In this document: positions 21,233-29,453 of the stretch, piece by piece
How the letters are laid out: every line of letters begins with the position of its first letter
Numbering within the stretch: position 1 is the stretch's first letter
Assembly: GCA_025351025.1 (NCBI GenBank)
Contig: JANXWR010000026.1
Location: forward strand, 1-42,676
Source of the DNA: Burkholderiales bacterium
Lineage (GTDB): Bacteria; Pseudomonadota; Gammaproteobacteria; Burkholderiales; Burkholderiaceae_C
Reading direction: 5' to 3'
DNA: 42,676 bases
The notes under the pieces: model-generated
The model's database searches: none
What the model was told of the DNA's origin: nothing
The model's input: the letters and a program-made list of their open reading frames with translations, nothing else
Position numbers and translations under genes: made by a program

Positions 21233-21868
21233 TCATCTCCAGGCGCCGGTCTCGATGGCGATGACGACGGCGTAGCGCGCCCGCCTGCGCGTCGGGTTGT
21301 GGTACGCGATGGGCCGGTCGAGCACCAGCGCCAGGCAGTCGCCGACGCCGAGGCGATGGCGCTCGTCGCCGAGCGTCACCTCGATCGCGCTTTCGAAGAC
21401 CCAGATTTGCTGGTGCACATTGGGGCTGCGCGCGCCCGTCTCGTAGGTCACCCGCGCACCGGCTGGAAAAGACACCTCGACGATCTGGATCGGCGAGGCG
21501 AAGCCGGCCGGCGAGACGTTGCGCCGCACATAGCCCGACCCGGGGTCGCGCCAGGAGACCTGGTCGGCGAGTCGCGACACCGGCTCGGCGCCCGGCGTCG
21601 GTGCATCGAAGAGCGAGGCGAGTGGCACGCCGAGCCCGACCGAAAGCTTCTCGAGCACGACCGCGGTCGGGCTGCTCTCACCGCGCTCGATCAGCGAGAT
21701 CATCGAGCGGCTGACGCCGCAGAGCGTGGCCAGCTCCTCGAGCGAGAGGCCGCGCAAAGCGCGCAGGACGCGCACGCGCCCGGCGATGCGGTCGGTTAGG
21801 CTGGGCGAGGCGACTTCTTCGATAGTGGATAGATAATCCAGTATCCTGGAATAGTCGTCAAGCGCCAT
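21233..21868 (-). CDS. XRE-family HTH regulator with C-terminal cupin domain; true start probably downstream of 21868
   Basis: GLSLEELATLCGVSRSMISLIERGESSPT, WRDPGSGYVRRNVSP, HQQIWV, LGVGDC. Confidence 0.9.
   Translation of the reverse strand: MALDDYSRILDYLSTIEEVASPSLTDRIAGRVRVLRALRGLSLEELATLCGVSRSMISLIERGESSPTAVVLEKLSVGLGVPLASLFDAPTPGAEPVSRLADQVSWRDPGSGYVRRNVSPAGFASPIQIVEVSFPAGARVTYETGARSPNVHQQIWVFESAIEVTLGDERHRLGVGDCLALVLDRPIAYHNPTRRRARYAVVIAIETGAWR
21833..21861 (-). promoter_or_regulatory. sigma70-like promoter TTGACG-N17-GATTAT with palindromic operator TCCAG-N4-CTGGA (21837-21850)
   Basis: -35 at 21861-21856 and -10 at 21838-21833 on the minus strand. A perfect 5-4-5 inverted repeat spans the spacer and -10. 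Confidence 0.55.
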
Positions 21869-21903
21869 CGGGGCGGCGCGATCCTCGGGCGGTGCCTGGC
21901 GGC

Positions 21904-22248
21904 CTACGCGCGCATGAACAACCGGCTGCGCATCAGTGAATCGGCGTCGCGCACGTCGACGCCTTGCACCGGACTCTCGGCCGTGAAACGGTACTCGATG
22001 CCGCTCGCCGCGCCACGAACGACGACCGCGCTGCGTTCCACGTAGCGCAGCAGCACGGCACGACCGAGTGGCCGCGCCGATGAACCTGCGCCACGGCGCT
22101 CAGCCGCGGCGTTTGGCGGCGAGGTCAACGTCGAAAGTCCCGTCCGGTACGCGCTCGGACCAGGCAGGTTCGGTCGCACCTCCCATGACCGGTTGCTCAC
22201 TGACGGCGGATTGCTGAACGCCGCCCGATTCTGTCCGCAACATCCCAT
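21904..22248 (-). CDS. small hypothetical protein (114 aa): N-terminal MGCCG, disordered linker, C-terminal Y..VVRG..SG..YRF..VD.RDA domain
   Basis: AAGGAG RBS closely upstream of ATG 22248. Last gene of the three-gene cluster. Confidence 0.75.
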   Translation of the reverse strand: MGCCGQNRAAFSNPPSVSNRSWEVRPNLPGPSAYRTGLSTLTSPPNAAAERRGAGSSARPLGRAVLLRYVERSAVVVRGAASGIEYRFTAESPVQGVDVRDADSLMRSRLFMRA

Positions 22249-22582
22249 CGGTTTCTCCTTGTGCAACCGGATTCAGGGGTTGGATCACGAGCTTGTCTGC
22301 GCTCGCGCGCTCGAGCAGACAAACCGCGCCCGACAGCGCCAACCACAGCACGATGCCGTCGCCCAGGGTGGTTGCCAGCCACCACGCCATCGGTGCGGCG
22401 ACCCAGAGGCTGGTGCAGTTGAAGCAGTCCATCAGGTGGCCGAGCCAGCCGCCGCCCAGGCGGGCGCGCAGCCGCGCGACCAGATCGGCCGGCCCATCCT
22501 CGCGGGCGATCAGGTGCGTCAGCCGCCACGTGGCCAGAACGGCCAGCGCCAGCCTGGCCCAAAAGGCCGCGTCGGCGGTCAT
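22100..22582 (-). CDS. DUF1360-like small membrane protein with CxxC
   Basis: LATWRLTHLIAREDGP...LR...G.LGHLMDCFNCTSLW matches the DUF1360 pattern (RLT.L...D...G.L..C.xC...W). About 3 TM segments. ATG 1 nt after the upstream TGA. Confidence 0.78.
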   Translation of the reverse strand: MTADAAFWARLALAVLATWRLTHLIAREDGPADLVARLRARLGGGWLGHLMDCFNCTSLWVAAPMAWWLATTLGDGIVLWLALSGAVCLLERASADKLVIQPLNPVAQGETDGMLRTESGGVQQSAVSEQPVMGGATEPAWSERVPDGTFDVDLAAKRRG

Positions 22583-22583
22583 C

Positions 22584-24977
22584 TCAGGCGGCGGGTTTCA
22601 CGACCGGCAGATCGTTGCAGATGCAAACCGCCCATGGCAGCGACCAGGCGGCATGGCACGGCGGGGAGCTGGTGCGTGTCTTGTCCTGCGCGTAGAGCTG
22701 GAAGGTGTAGCCGCAGCAAGTGCCGCGCTCGAGCGCGAAGCCCGCGGGCGGCGCGATCGGTGCGACCAGCGAGCCTACGCACCCGACATCGAAGATGCGC
22801 AGATCGATGGTCGTGAGCAGGCCCAGCACCCGTGGCGGGATCGGCGGCGGCACCGGGCAGCCGGCCACGGTGGGCAACGGCTCGCAGCGCACGCCCGGGT
22901 CGCCGACGCGGGTCGTTCCCTTCAACGGGTCTGGGCCGAAGATTGACGGCGCCAGGGTCGGCGTGATCGGAACCCCATAGCTCGGCCCGCCCTGGCGCGT
23001 GATCCACAGGCTGTAGTAGTCGAAGTTGTCGCTCGGGAACGAGGTGTCGGTCTCGTCGACGTACTCGTCGAAGGCGATGCCCTGCAGTCCGGCCGGCCAC
23101 GGCACGGCGCACGGCGCGCCGGGCGGGATGAAGCTGCCGTCGAGCGAGAGGTGCATGTCGGTGCACGACGGCAGGCCGCGGATGCCGCCGAAGTAGACCT
23201 GCGTTTCGCCGATCATCGGCTTGTTGTCGAAGTACACGTGCTGCGTGTCGTAGTAGTGGGTGCCGAGCGTGTCCGTCACGTCGAGCAGCAGCGTGTACTT
23301 GCCGCTCTGGCAGCGGTGGTGCGGGTCGGGACAGCCGGCCGCGTCGGTTACGCCGGAGGGCAGCGCGCTCGCGCTCGGAAAGCAGGTCGGCTGCAGTTTC
23401 CAGAGGTGATGCAGGTTCAGCGAGGGGATGTCGATGTTGTCGACGAGGGCCGTGGTCAAGGTCGCGTTGACGCCGATGACCTGATTCCACGGCGCGCGCT
23501 TGCGCGACTCGACCACCGGGTCGGGATCGGTGTAGCAGACGGGCCCGGAGAGCAGCAGCGAGCCGGTGTAGGCCGCCGGGCTGAAGCCGGGCTGGGTCGG
23601 CCCGGGCAGATAGCCCAGCCCCCAGCGCAGATCGAAGCACTTGATCTTGCGGCCGCTGCAGTCGCCCACGTAGGCGCTGCCGCCTACCTGCACGCAGCAG
23701 CCGACCGGCACTTCTTCACCGGCCGAGCCGGAGATGACTGCGTCGGGATCGAACGGATCGGTCGGGTTGATCGGCGCTTCGGCGACGTGATCGATCCAGA
23801 CCATGACCTTGAACAACGCGAATTGCTTGCAGAAGCAGCAGAGCGCGCCGCCGCCGGACGGGAACACGCAGAGACGGATCTCGAACGAGTCCGGCGGGAG
23901 CGTGGTGGTCTCGATCCAGCCGAGCGTACCGGCGCCGACCTGCACCGAGCCGACACTACCGCCGCCGGGATAGCTGATGCCGACGCTCGACCAGTCGAGC
24001 CCGTCATGGCAGTCCTGCCCCTGGACCTTGCGCCATTGCAGCACGTAGTGGTCGAACATGCCGCCAGAAGCCGTGCCGACGATCTCGAGCCCGACCCCGC
24101 CGGTCGCGAGCGGCTTCTCTGCGGCGCAACCGGTCGGAGCGGTCACGTCGCAGCGCAACGGCTGAAAGCACTCGCGCAGGCAACGCCGATAGAACTTCAG
24201 GCAGCGCAGCACGTCGACGAGACGGCGCGCCCGCCCGAGGCAGCAGCCGAACCGGATCGCGCACAGGCACCAGCAGCGGCAGAACCAGAAGAACGGATCC
24301 TTGCTGTGCTGCTCGAAGGCCTTGGCACCGAGCAGCGCCTGCGCGGCGTCGACGGTGAGAAGGCGCTCGAAGATCGCGCTCGCGTCTTCTTCGCCGCTGT
24401 TGCAATCGATCTTTCCTGCCAGCACTTCCTCGGGCAGGCCGAGCGGAAAATCGACGGTGGCGAGTTGGTCAGTCAGGAACGGCCGGTAGGCGGCGGCCGC
24501 CGCCTTGACCAGGACCTGGAAGTCGGCCCGGTCGTGGGCCGTCGGCGGATTGGCGATCGGTGCGCCGATCGCCTGGCGTACGCACAGCCAGTAGCGATGC
24601 AGGTAGTAGACGAACAGCCGGAAGTTGCGGGGCCGCCGACACAGCAGCCAGCCGAACACGATGCAGCAACGGATGTGCAGCAGGCACCAGCGCCAGCGCT
24701 CGACCGGGCCGAGCAGCTCGCGCGCCTCGACGGGCAGCAGGCTCACCGCGACTTCTTCGGTGAAGAAGCGGTCGAGGATCTGGCTGGTCTGGGTGATCTC
24801 GTCTTCGCAGTTGGCGGGGTGCGCTTCTGCTTCCTTTTCCAGCGCCTCGGGATCCTTGCTGCGTGCCAGCTCCTGTTCGAGGATCGGCTGATAGGCGCTG
24901 AGCAGTGCCTTCAGTGCGAACTGGAAATCCGGGTCGCGATCATCGGCAGCAGCCGTGACCGGAGCTTTGGTCGCCAT
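22584..24977 (-). CDS. large cysteine-rich hypothetical protein (797 aa, 41 Cys): tandem 135-aa helical repeat + three Ig-like beta-sandwich repeats
   Basis: AGGAG RBS before ATG 24977. Coding-like codon usage, visible internal repeats, no signal peptide, no recognised catalytic motif. Confidence 0.88.
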   Translation of the reverse strand: MATKAPVTAAADDRDPDFQFALKALLSAYQPILEQELARSKDPEALEKEAEAHPANCEDEITQTSQILDRFFTEEVAVSLLPVEARELLGPVERWRWCLLHIRCCIVFGWLLCRRPRNFRLFVYYLHRYWLCVRQAIGAPIANPPTAHDRADFQVLVKAAAAAYRPFLTDQLATVDFPLGLPEEVLAGKIDCNSGEEDASAIFERLLTVDAAQALLGAKAFEQHSKDPFFWFCRCWCLCAIRFGCCLGRARRLVDVLRCLKFYRRCLRECFQPLRCDVTAPTGCAAEKPLATGGVGLEIVGTASGGMFDHYVLQWRKVQGQDCHDGLDWSSVGISYPGGGSVGSVQVGAGTLGWIETTTLPPDSFEIRLCVFPSGGGALCCFCKQFALFKVMVWIDHVAEAPINPTDPFDPDAVISGSAGEEVPVGCCVQVGGSAYVGDCSGRKIKCFDLRWGLGYLPGPTQPGFSPAAYTGSLLLSGPVCYTDPDPVVESRKRAPWNQVIGVNATLTTALVDNIDIPSLNLHHLWKLQPTCFPSASALPSGVTDAAGCPDPHHRCQSGKYTLLLDVTDTLGTHYYDTQHVYFDNKPMIGETQVYFGGIRGLPSCTDMHLSLDGSFIPPGAPCAVPWPAGLQGIAFDEYVDETDTSFPSDNFDYYSLWITRQGGPSYGVPITPTLAPSIFGPDPLKGTTRVGDPGVRCEPLPTVAGCPVPPPIPPRVLGLLTTIDLRIFDVGCVGSLVAPIAPPAGFALERGTCCGYTFQLYAQDKTRTSSPPCHAAWSLPWAVCICNDLPVVKPAA

Positions 24978-25072
24978 CGTCGACTCTCCTCGCGGATGAG
25001 GATTCGTCACCGGCACGGGTTCGGCAGTGGCCGCACTCGAGGCGCCTTCGAAACGTGACAAATCGGACGCGG

Positions 25073-25118
25073 ATGCTACTCAATTCGAATTTGCATGAAT
25101 AGCTGTCAGACCTGACAG
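25073..25118 (-). promoter_or_regulatory. candidate activator-dependent promoter: perfect 7-2-7 palindrome CTGTCAG-AC-CTGACAG abutting weak -35 TATTCA-N17-TAGCAT
   Basis: Palindrome at 25103-25118, -35 at 25101-25096, -10 at 25078-25073 (minus strand). AT-rich island upstream of the Cys-rich gene. Confidence 0.5.
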
Positions 25119-25206
25119 TTTCAAGGATCGCAGCGCCGGGGGATCATCACAGGTTTGTCGCCCGCCGTGCTGGCAAGGGAGGCGGTGCTCCGGCCCGCCG
25201 AGCGGC

Positions 25207-26964
25207 TCAGGCGGTGCGTTCCTGGCGCAGCCCCAGCAGCTCGATCATTGTCTTTTTCATCTCGAACTTCTGTGCCTTGCCGGTCGCGGTGAGCGGAAAG
25301 GCGTCGACGATTCGCACATAGCGCGGCACCTTGTAGTGGGCGATCTGTCCCTTGCAGAAATCGCGCACCTCCTGCTCCGCGAGGACCATGCCGCGGCGCG
25401 GCACGACCCAGGCGCAGACCTCCTCGCCGTACTTCGGGTCGGGCACGCCGAACACCTGCACGTCCTGGATCGCCGGGTGGCGCAGCAGGTACTCCTCGAC
25501 CTCGCGCGGGTAGACGTTCTCGCCACCGCGGATCAGCATGTCCTTGACCCGGCCGACGATGTTGGCGTAGCCCTCGGCGTCGATCGTCGCCAGGTCGCCG
25601 CTGTGCATCCAGCCGGGTTCGTCGATCGACTCCCGGGTGCGCGCCTCGTCCTTCCAGTAGCCGCGCATCACGGCATAGCCGCGCGTGCAGAGCTCGCCCT
25701 GAGCGCCGACCGGCACGATGCGCCCCGCGGCGTCGACGATCTTGACCTCGAGGTGCGGCTGGACCCGCCCGACCGTCGAGACGCGGCGCTCGAGCGGATC
25801 GTCGAGGCTCGACTGGAACGAGATCGGCGAGGTCTCGGTCATGCCGTAGCCGATCGTCACCTGGTGCATGTGCATCTTCGCAATCACCTTGCGCATGACC
25901 TCGATCGGGCAGGGCGCACCGGCCATGATGCGGGTGCGCAGCGACGAGAGCTCGTGCTGTGCGAAGCCCGGCTCGTCGAGCATCGCCGTGAACATCGTCG
26001 GCACGCCGTGCAGCGCGGTGCAGCGATGCCTGGCGATCGAGCGCAGCGTGTCGCCCGCGTCGAAGCCTTCGCCGGGGAAGACCATCGTCGCGCCCGACGT
26101 GGTGGCGCAAAGCACGCCCAGGACCATGCCGAAGCAATGGTAGAGCGGCACCGGGATGCAGAGCTTGTCTTCCGGGCCGAGCGCCATCGCCTTGGCGTTG
26201 TAGCGGGCGTTGTTGACGATGTTGAAGTGCGACAGCGTGGCACCCTTCGGCGCGCCGGTCGTGCCGCTGGTGAACTGGATGTTGATGGCGTCGTCGGGGT
26301 CGAGCGCGGCGCTGAGGGCGTCGAGACGGGCGCGCTGCGCCGGGCCGCCGAGCGCCAGCACCTTGGCATAGGAAAGACAGCGCGGCGGCGTCGGCTCGTC
26401 GCCGAGCAGCACGATGTGTTTCAGCTCGGGCAGGCGGACGCTGTCGAGCACTTCGCTGGCACCCTTTAAATGGATCTCCGGCGCGATCTCGCCGAGCATG
26501 CCGAGGTAGTCGTTGCTCTTGTAGCGGCGCGCCATCACCAGAGCGCGGCAGCCGACCTTGTCGAGTGCGTACTCGACCTCGGTTTTGCGATAGGCCGGAT
26601 TGATGTTCACGAGCACGAGCCCGACCCGCGCCGTCGCGAACTGGGTGACGAGCCATTCGTGCCGGTTCGGCGCCCAGATGCCGACCCGGTTGCCGCGGCG
26701 CAGCCCGAGCGCGAGCAGGCCGGTGGCGAACTCGTCGGCCTTGCGCTTCAGGTCGTACCAGGACAGGCGCACGCCCTCGGCGTCGAAGATCGCGGCGTCG
26801 CGCGAGCCGTGCCGACCGACCGTCTTGTCGAGCAATTGCGGCAGAGTGATGAAACGCAGCGGCTGGTCGGTCGAGCCCGATACGTACGACAGCGTGCCCC
26901 GCGGCTGACGCTGGCTGGCGGGCCCGCCGTTGAGCCAATCGGAGCGGAAGGGATTCGCCGCCAC
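25207..26964 (-). CDS. AMP-binding acyl-CoA synthetase / acid-CoA ligase; start approximate (GTG 26964)
   Basis: [61 protein letters not shown]. Confidence 0.92.
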   Translation of the reverse strand: MAANPFRSDWLNGGPASQRQPRGTLSYVSGSTDQPLRFITLPQLLDKTVGRHGSRDAAIFDAEGVRLSWYDLKRKADEFATGLLALGLRRGNRVGIWAPNRHEWLVTQFATARVGLVLVNINPAYRKTEVEYALDKVGCRALVMARRYKSNDYLGMLGEIAPEIHLKGASEVLDSVRLPELKHIVLLGDEPTPPRCLSYAKVLALGGPAQRARLDALSAALDPDDAINIQFTSGTTGAPKGATLSHFNIVNNARYNAKAMALGPEDKLCIPVPLYHCFGMVLGVLCATTSGATMVFPGEGFDAGDTLRSIARHRCTALHGVPTMFTAMLDEPGFAQHELSSLRTRIMAGAPCPIEVMRKVIAKMHMHQVTIGYGMTETSPISFQSSLDDPLERRVSTVGRVQPHLEVKIVDAAGRIVPVGAQGELCTRGYAVMRGYWKDEARTRESIDEPGWMHSGDLATIDAEGYANIVGRVKDMLIRGGENVYPREVEEYLLRHPAIQDVQVFGVPDPKYGEEVCAWVVPRRGMVLAEQEVRDFCKGQIAHYKVPRYVRIVDAFPLTATGKAQKFEMKKTMIELLGLRQERTA

Positions 26965-26975
26965 CGCCGCGCGAT

Positions 26976-28493
26976 TCAGAAGTTGCGCCAGTCGCCGAGC
27001 TGCTCGAAGGCGTGCGCGGCGCGGTAGATCGTCGACTCGTTGTAGTGCGCGCCGACCAGCTGCATGCCGACCGGCAGCCCCGCCGAGAGACCGCAGGGCA
27101 CGTTCATCGCCGGATGGCCGCTGACGTCGAAGGGCGCGGTATTGGCGAGCATTTCGAAGGCGCGCTGACAATAGAGGGCGAGCGGCGCGTCCTGCGGCGG
27201 GATCGGCGTCGCCTTCATCGGCGTCGTCGGCATCAGCAGCAGCTCGTGCCGGGTCAGGGCCTCGTTGTAGGTCTTCTTCAACAGGCGCGACAGGTTCTGC
27301 GCCTTGGCGTAGAAGTGGCCGCGGTACTGCTTCATGAAGTACTCGCCGGCGAACATCGAGATCTTCAGCGTGCGCGAGAGCTGGTTGGCGCGGGCCCGCC
27401 AGTTGGCGTGCGCGTCGAGCAGGCTGGTCGTATACAGCCCTTCCCAATTGAAGCCCATGCCGTTGCCGTGCATCATCTGCGCCTGCAGGCCCTCGAGGGC
27501 GATCGGCGTCCAGATCGCGACGCCATCGAGATGCATGGGGATCGAGATCTCCTCGACGATCGCGCCCAGGCCGCGCAGCCGCTCGGCCGCCTGGCGCACT
27601 TTCTGGATCACGTCGGGCTCGCAGTTCGCGTGCTGGAAGCCTTCGGTCAGGACGGCGATGCGCATGCCGGCGACGCCGCGGCCGAGCGCCGCCGTGTACT
27701 TGTCGACGCGTACGTTGTACTGGCGTGGATCGAGCCCGTCGGCACCGGCGATGACCTCGAGCAGCAAGGCGCTGTCGGCGACGCTGCCGGTCATCGGCCC
27801 GAGGTGGTCGATTGTCGCTTCGATCGGCATCGCGCCGGTATAGGGAACGAGGCCGTGGGTGCCCTTCATGCCGTAGCAGCCCGAGAACGAGCCCGGCATA
27901 CGGACCGAGCCGCCCTGGTCGCCGCCGATCGCCATCTCGATCTCGCCCGAGCCGACCAGTGCGGCGCAGCCGCTCGACGAACCGCCCGCCGAGTAGCCGA
28001 ACTTGTACGGGTTGTGGACCGGCCCGCTCGCGGAGGTGTGGCTGCCGCCGGACAGGCAGAACTGCTCGCAATGCGCCTTGCCGACGATCGTGCCGCCGGC
28101 GTCGAGGATGCGCGTCGCGACCGTGGCGTCGACGTCGGGAACATAGCCTTCGAGCGTCGAGGCGCCGTTCATCATCGGCACGCCGGCCAGGCAGATGTTG
28201 TCCTTCAGCACCACGCGCTTGCCGGCGAGCGGCCCGTAGGGAGCGCCCTTGATGTCGGTCTTGACGTACCAGGCGCCTAGCGGATTCTCGGCCGCGGAAG
28301 GCCGCGTTCCGGGCGTGCGCGGATAGCGCACCTCGGGCAGGTAGTCGGGCAGCTGGTCGACGCGGTCGTAGGCCTGCATCGTGCCTTCGAGCACCTCGAG
28401 GTACTCGCCGACTTCGTGGTCCGACATGCTCATGTGCAGCTTGGCGACGATGGCCTTCATCTGCTCGAGCGTGGGGCGCTTGACCATCGACAT
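26976..28493 (-). CDS. amidase (Rhodococcus-type, CX3C subgroup), possible independent internal start MSMVKRPT (505 aa)
   Basis: GAGGTG RBS 5 nt before ATG 28493. [45 protein letters not shown]. Confidence 0.85.
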   Translation of the reverse strand: MSMVKRPTLEQMKAIVAKLHMSMSDHEVGEYLEVLEGTMQAYDRVDQLPDYLPEVRYPRTPGTRPSAAENPLGAWYVKTDIKGAPYGPLAGKRVVLKDNICLAGVPMMNGASTLEGYVPDVDATVATRILDAGGTIVGKAHCEQFCLSGGSHTSASGPVHNPYKFGYSAGGSSSGCAALVGSGEIEMAIGGDQGGSVRMPGSFSGCYGMKGTHGLVPYTGAMPIEATIDHLGPMTGSVADSALLLEVIAGADGLDPRQYNVRVDKYTAALGRGVAGMRIAVLTEGFQHANCEPDVIQKVRQAAERLRGLGAIVEEISIPMHLDGVAIWTPIALEGLQAQMMHGNGMGFNWEGLYTTSLLDAHANWRARANQLSRTLKISMFAGEYFMKQYRGHFYAKAQNLSRLLKKTYNEALTRHELLLMPTTPMKATPIPPQDAPLALYCQRAFEMLANTAPFDVSGHPAMNVPCGLSAGLPVGMQLVGAHYNESTIYRAAHAFEQLGDWRNF

Positions 28494-29453
28494 GTTGTCA
28501 CCTCGGGAAAGTGGTGCCGGCGCAGGCGGCGAGGAACGGGAGCCGTCGGGCGCTGGCCGTGCTGCGGCCGGCGGCGTGAGCGCAGTCAAGGACGCCGGCG
28601 CGGCCGATCGTGACGATGCCGGCGGCACCGCCGCCCACGCCGCGGTCGCGACCTGCGCCGCCGGCCGTGCCCCCGCGCCGCCGGGCCGGGTCATGCGCAT
28701 CGCACCCATGCCGAGCAACTCGGCCAGGCCGCCGGCCTGCACGACGTGGGCGTCGACCTCGCGCTCGATGCGGCCGCGCTCCATGACGACGATGCGGTCG
28801 GCGACGTCGAGCACGAGGTCGAGGTTCTGCTCGACGACGACGAGCGAGAGCCTGTCGCGCTTGCGCAGGCCGGCGAGGATTTCGCCGATCTCCTGCACGA
28901 TCGAGGGCTGGATGCCTTCGGAAGGCTCGTCGAGGAGCAGCAGCCAGGGCAAAGGCATGAGGGCGCGGCCGAGGGCGAGGATCTGCTGCTCGCCACCCGA
29001 GAGCGCGCCGCCCTTGCGGTCGAGGATCGCCGAGAGGCGCGGCAGCGTCGCGGTGATGCGCTCGATCGCGGCGCTCTCGGTGTCGCCCGAGTCGGCGGTC
29101 CAGGCGAGTCGCAGGTTCTCCAGCGCGGTGAGGCCGGGCAGGATGCCGCGGCCCTGCGGCACGTAGCCGATGCCGAGCCGGCTGCGGTCGTGCGCCTTCA
29201 TGCGCGTCACGTCGATGCCGTCGATCGAGATACGGCCGGCGGTAACCGGCACCAGGCCGATCAGCGTCTTCAGGAAAGTGGTCTTGCCGACGCCGTTGTG
29301 GCCGACGATGCCGACCGCCTCGCCGGCGTGCAGCGCGAAGCTGATGCCGTGCAGCACCGGCACGTGGCCATAGGCCGCGCGCAGGCCGGCGACGTCGAGC
29401 ACGACGTCCGGGCCGGTGGCCTCGGCGGCGAGCGTGGAGTGGGACTCGATCAT
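26976..29453 (-). CDS. in-frame fusion: LivF/UrtE-type ABC ATPase + Pro/Ala linker + amidase-signature enzyme (825 aa)
   Basis: ATG 29453 (ATGA overlap). [30 protein letters not shown]. No stop codon before the amidase domain. Confidence 0.8.
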   Translation of the reverse strand: MIESHSTLAAEATGPDVVLDVAGLRAAYGHVPVLHGISFALHAGEAVGIVGHNGVGKTTFLKTLIGLVPVTAGRISIDGIDVTRMKAHDRSRLGIGYVPQGRGILPGLTALENLRLAWTADSGDTESAAIERITATLPRLSAILDRKGGALSGGEQQILALGRALMPLPWLLLLDEPSEGIQPSIVQEIGEILAGLRKRDRLSLVVVEQNLDLVLDVADRIVVMERGRIEREVDAHVVQAGGLAELLGMGAMRMTRPGGAGARPAAQVATAAWAAVPPASSRSAAPASLTALTPPAAARPAPDGSRSSPPAPAPLSRGDNMSMVKRPTLEQMKAIVAKLHMSMSDHEVGEYLEVLEGTMQAYDRVDQLPDYLPEVRYPRTPGTRPSAAENPLGAWYVKTDIKGAPYGPLAGKRVVLKDNICLAGVPMMNGASTLEGYVPDVDATVATRILDAGGTIVGKAHCEQFCLSGGSHTSASGPVHNPYKFGYSAGGSSSGCAALVGSGEIEMAIGGDQGGSVRMPGSFSGCYGMKGTHGLVPYTGAMPIEATIDHLGPMTGSVADSALLLEVIAGADGLDPRQYNVRVDKYTAALGRGVAGMRIAVLTEGFQHANCEPDVIQKVRQAAERLRGLGAIVEEISIPMHLDGVAIWTPIALEGLQAQMMHGNGMGFNWEGLYTTSLLDAHANWRARANQLSRTLKISMFAGEYFMKQYRGHFYAKAQNLSRLLKKTYNEALTRHELLLMPTTPMKATPIPPQDAPLALYCQRAFEMLANTAPFDVSGHPAMNVPCGLSAGLPVGMQLVGAHYNESTIYRAAHAFEQLGDWRNF

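Noticed and set aside
21904-24977. RiPP, prophage or defence-system interpretation of the Cys-rich cluster
   Set aside because: No radical SAM, YcaO, peptidase, integrase, capsid/terminase, nuclease or NTPase motifs are visible in or near it, and there are no CxxCH heme motifs.
23151-25058. 635-aa plus-strand ORF antisense to the Cys-rich gene, and similar long antisense ORFs (11495-13264, 18974-20560, 38460-41102)
   Set aside because: Typical stop-poor antisense frames of GC-rich genes, with no motifs or RBS.
25207-28071. 954-aa ORF suggesting an extended CoA ligase
   Set aside because: The upstream ~370 aa overlap the amidase in another frame and are low-complexity. Similarity starts near 26964.
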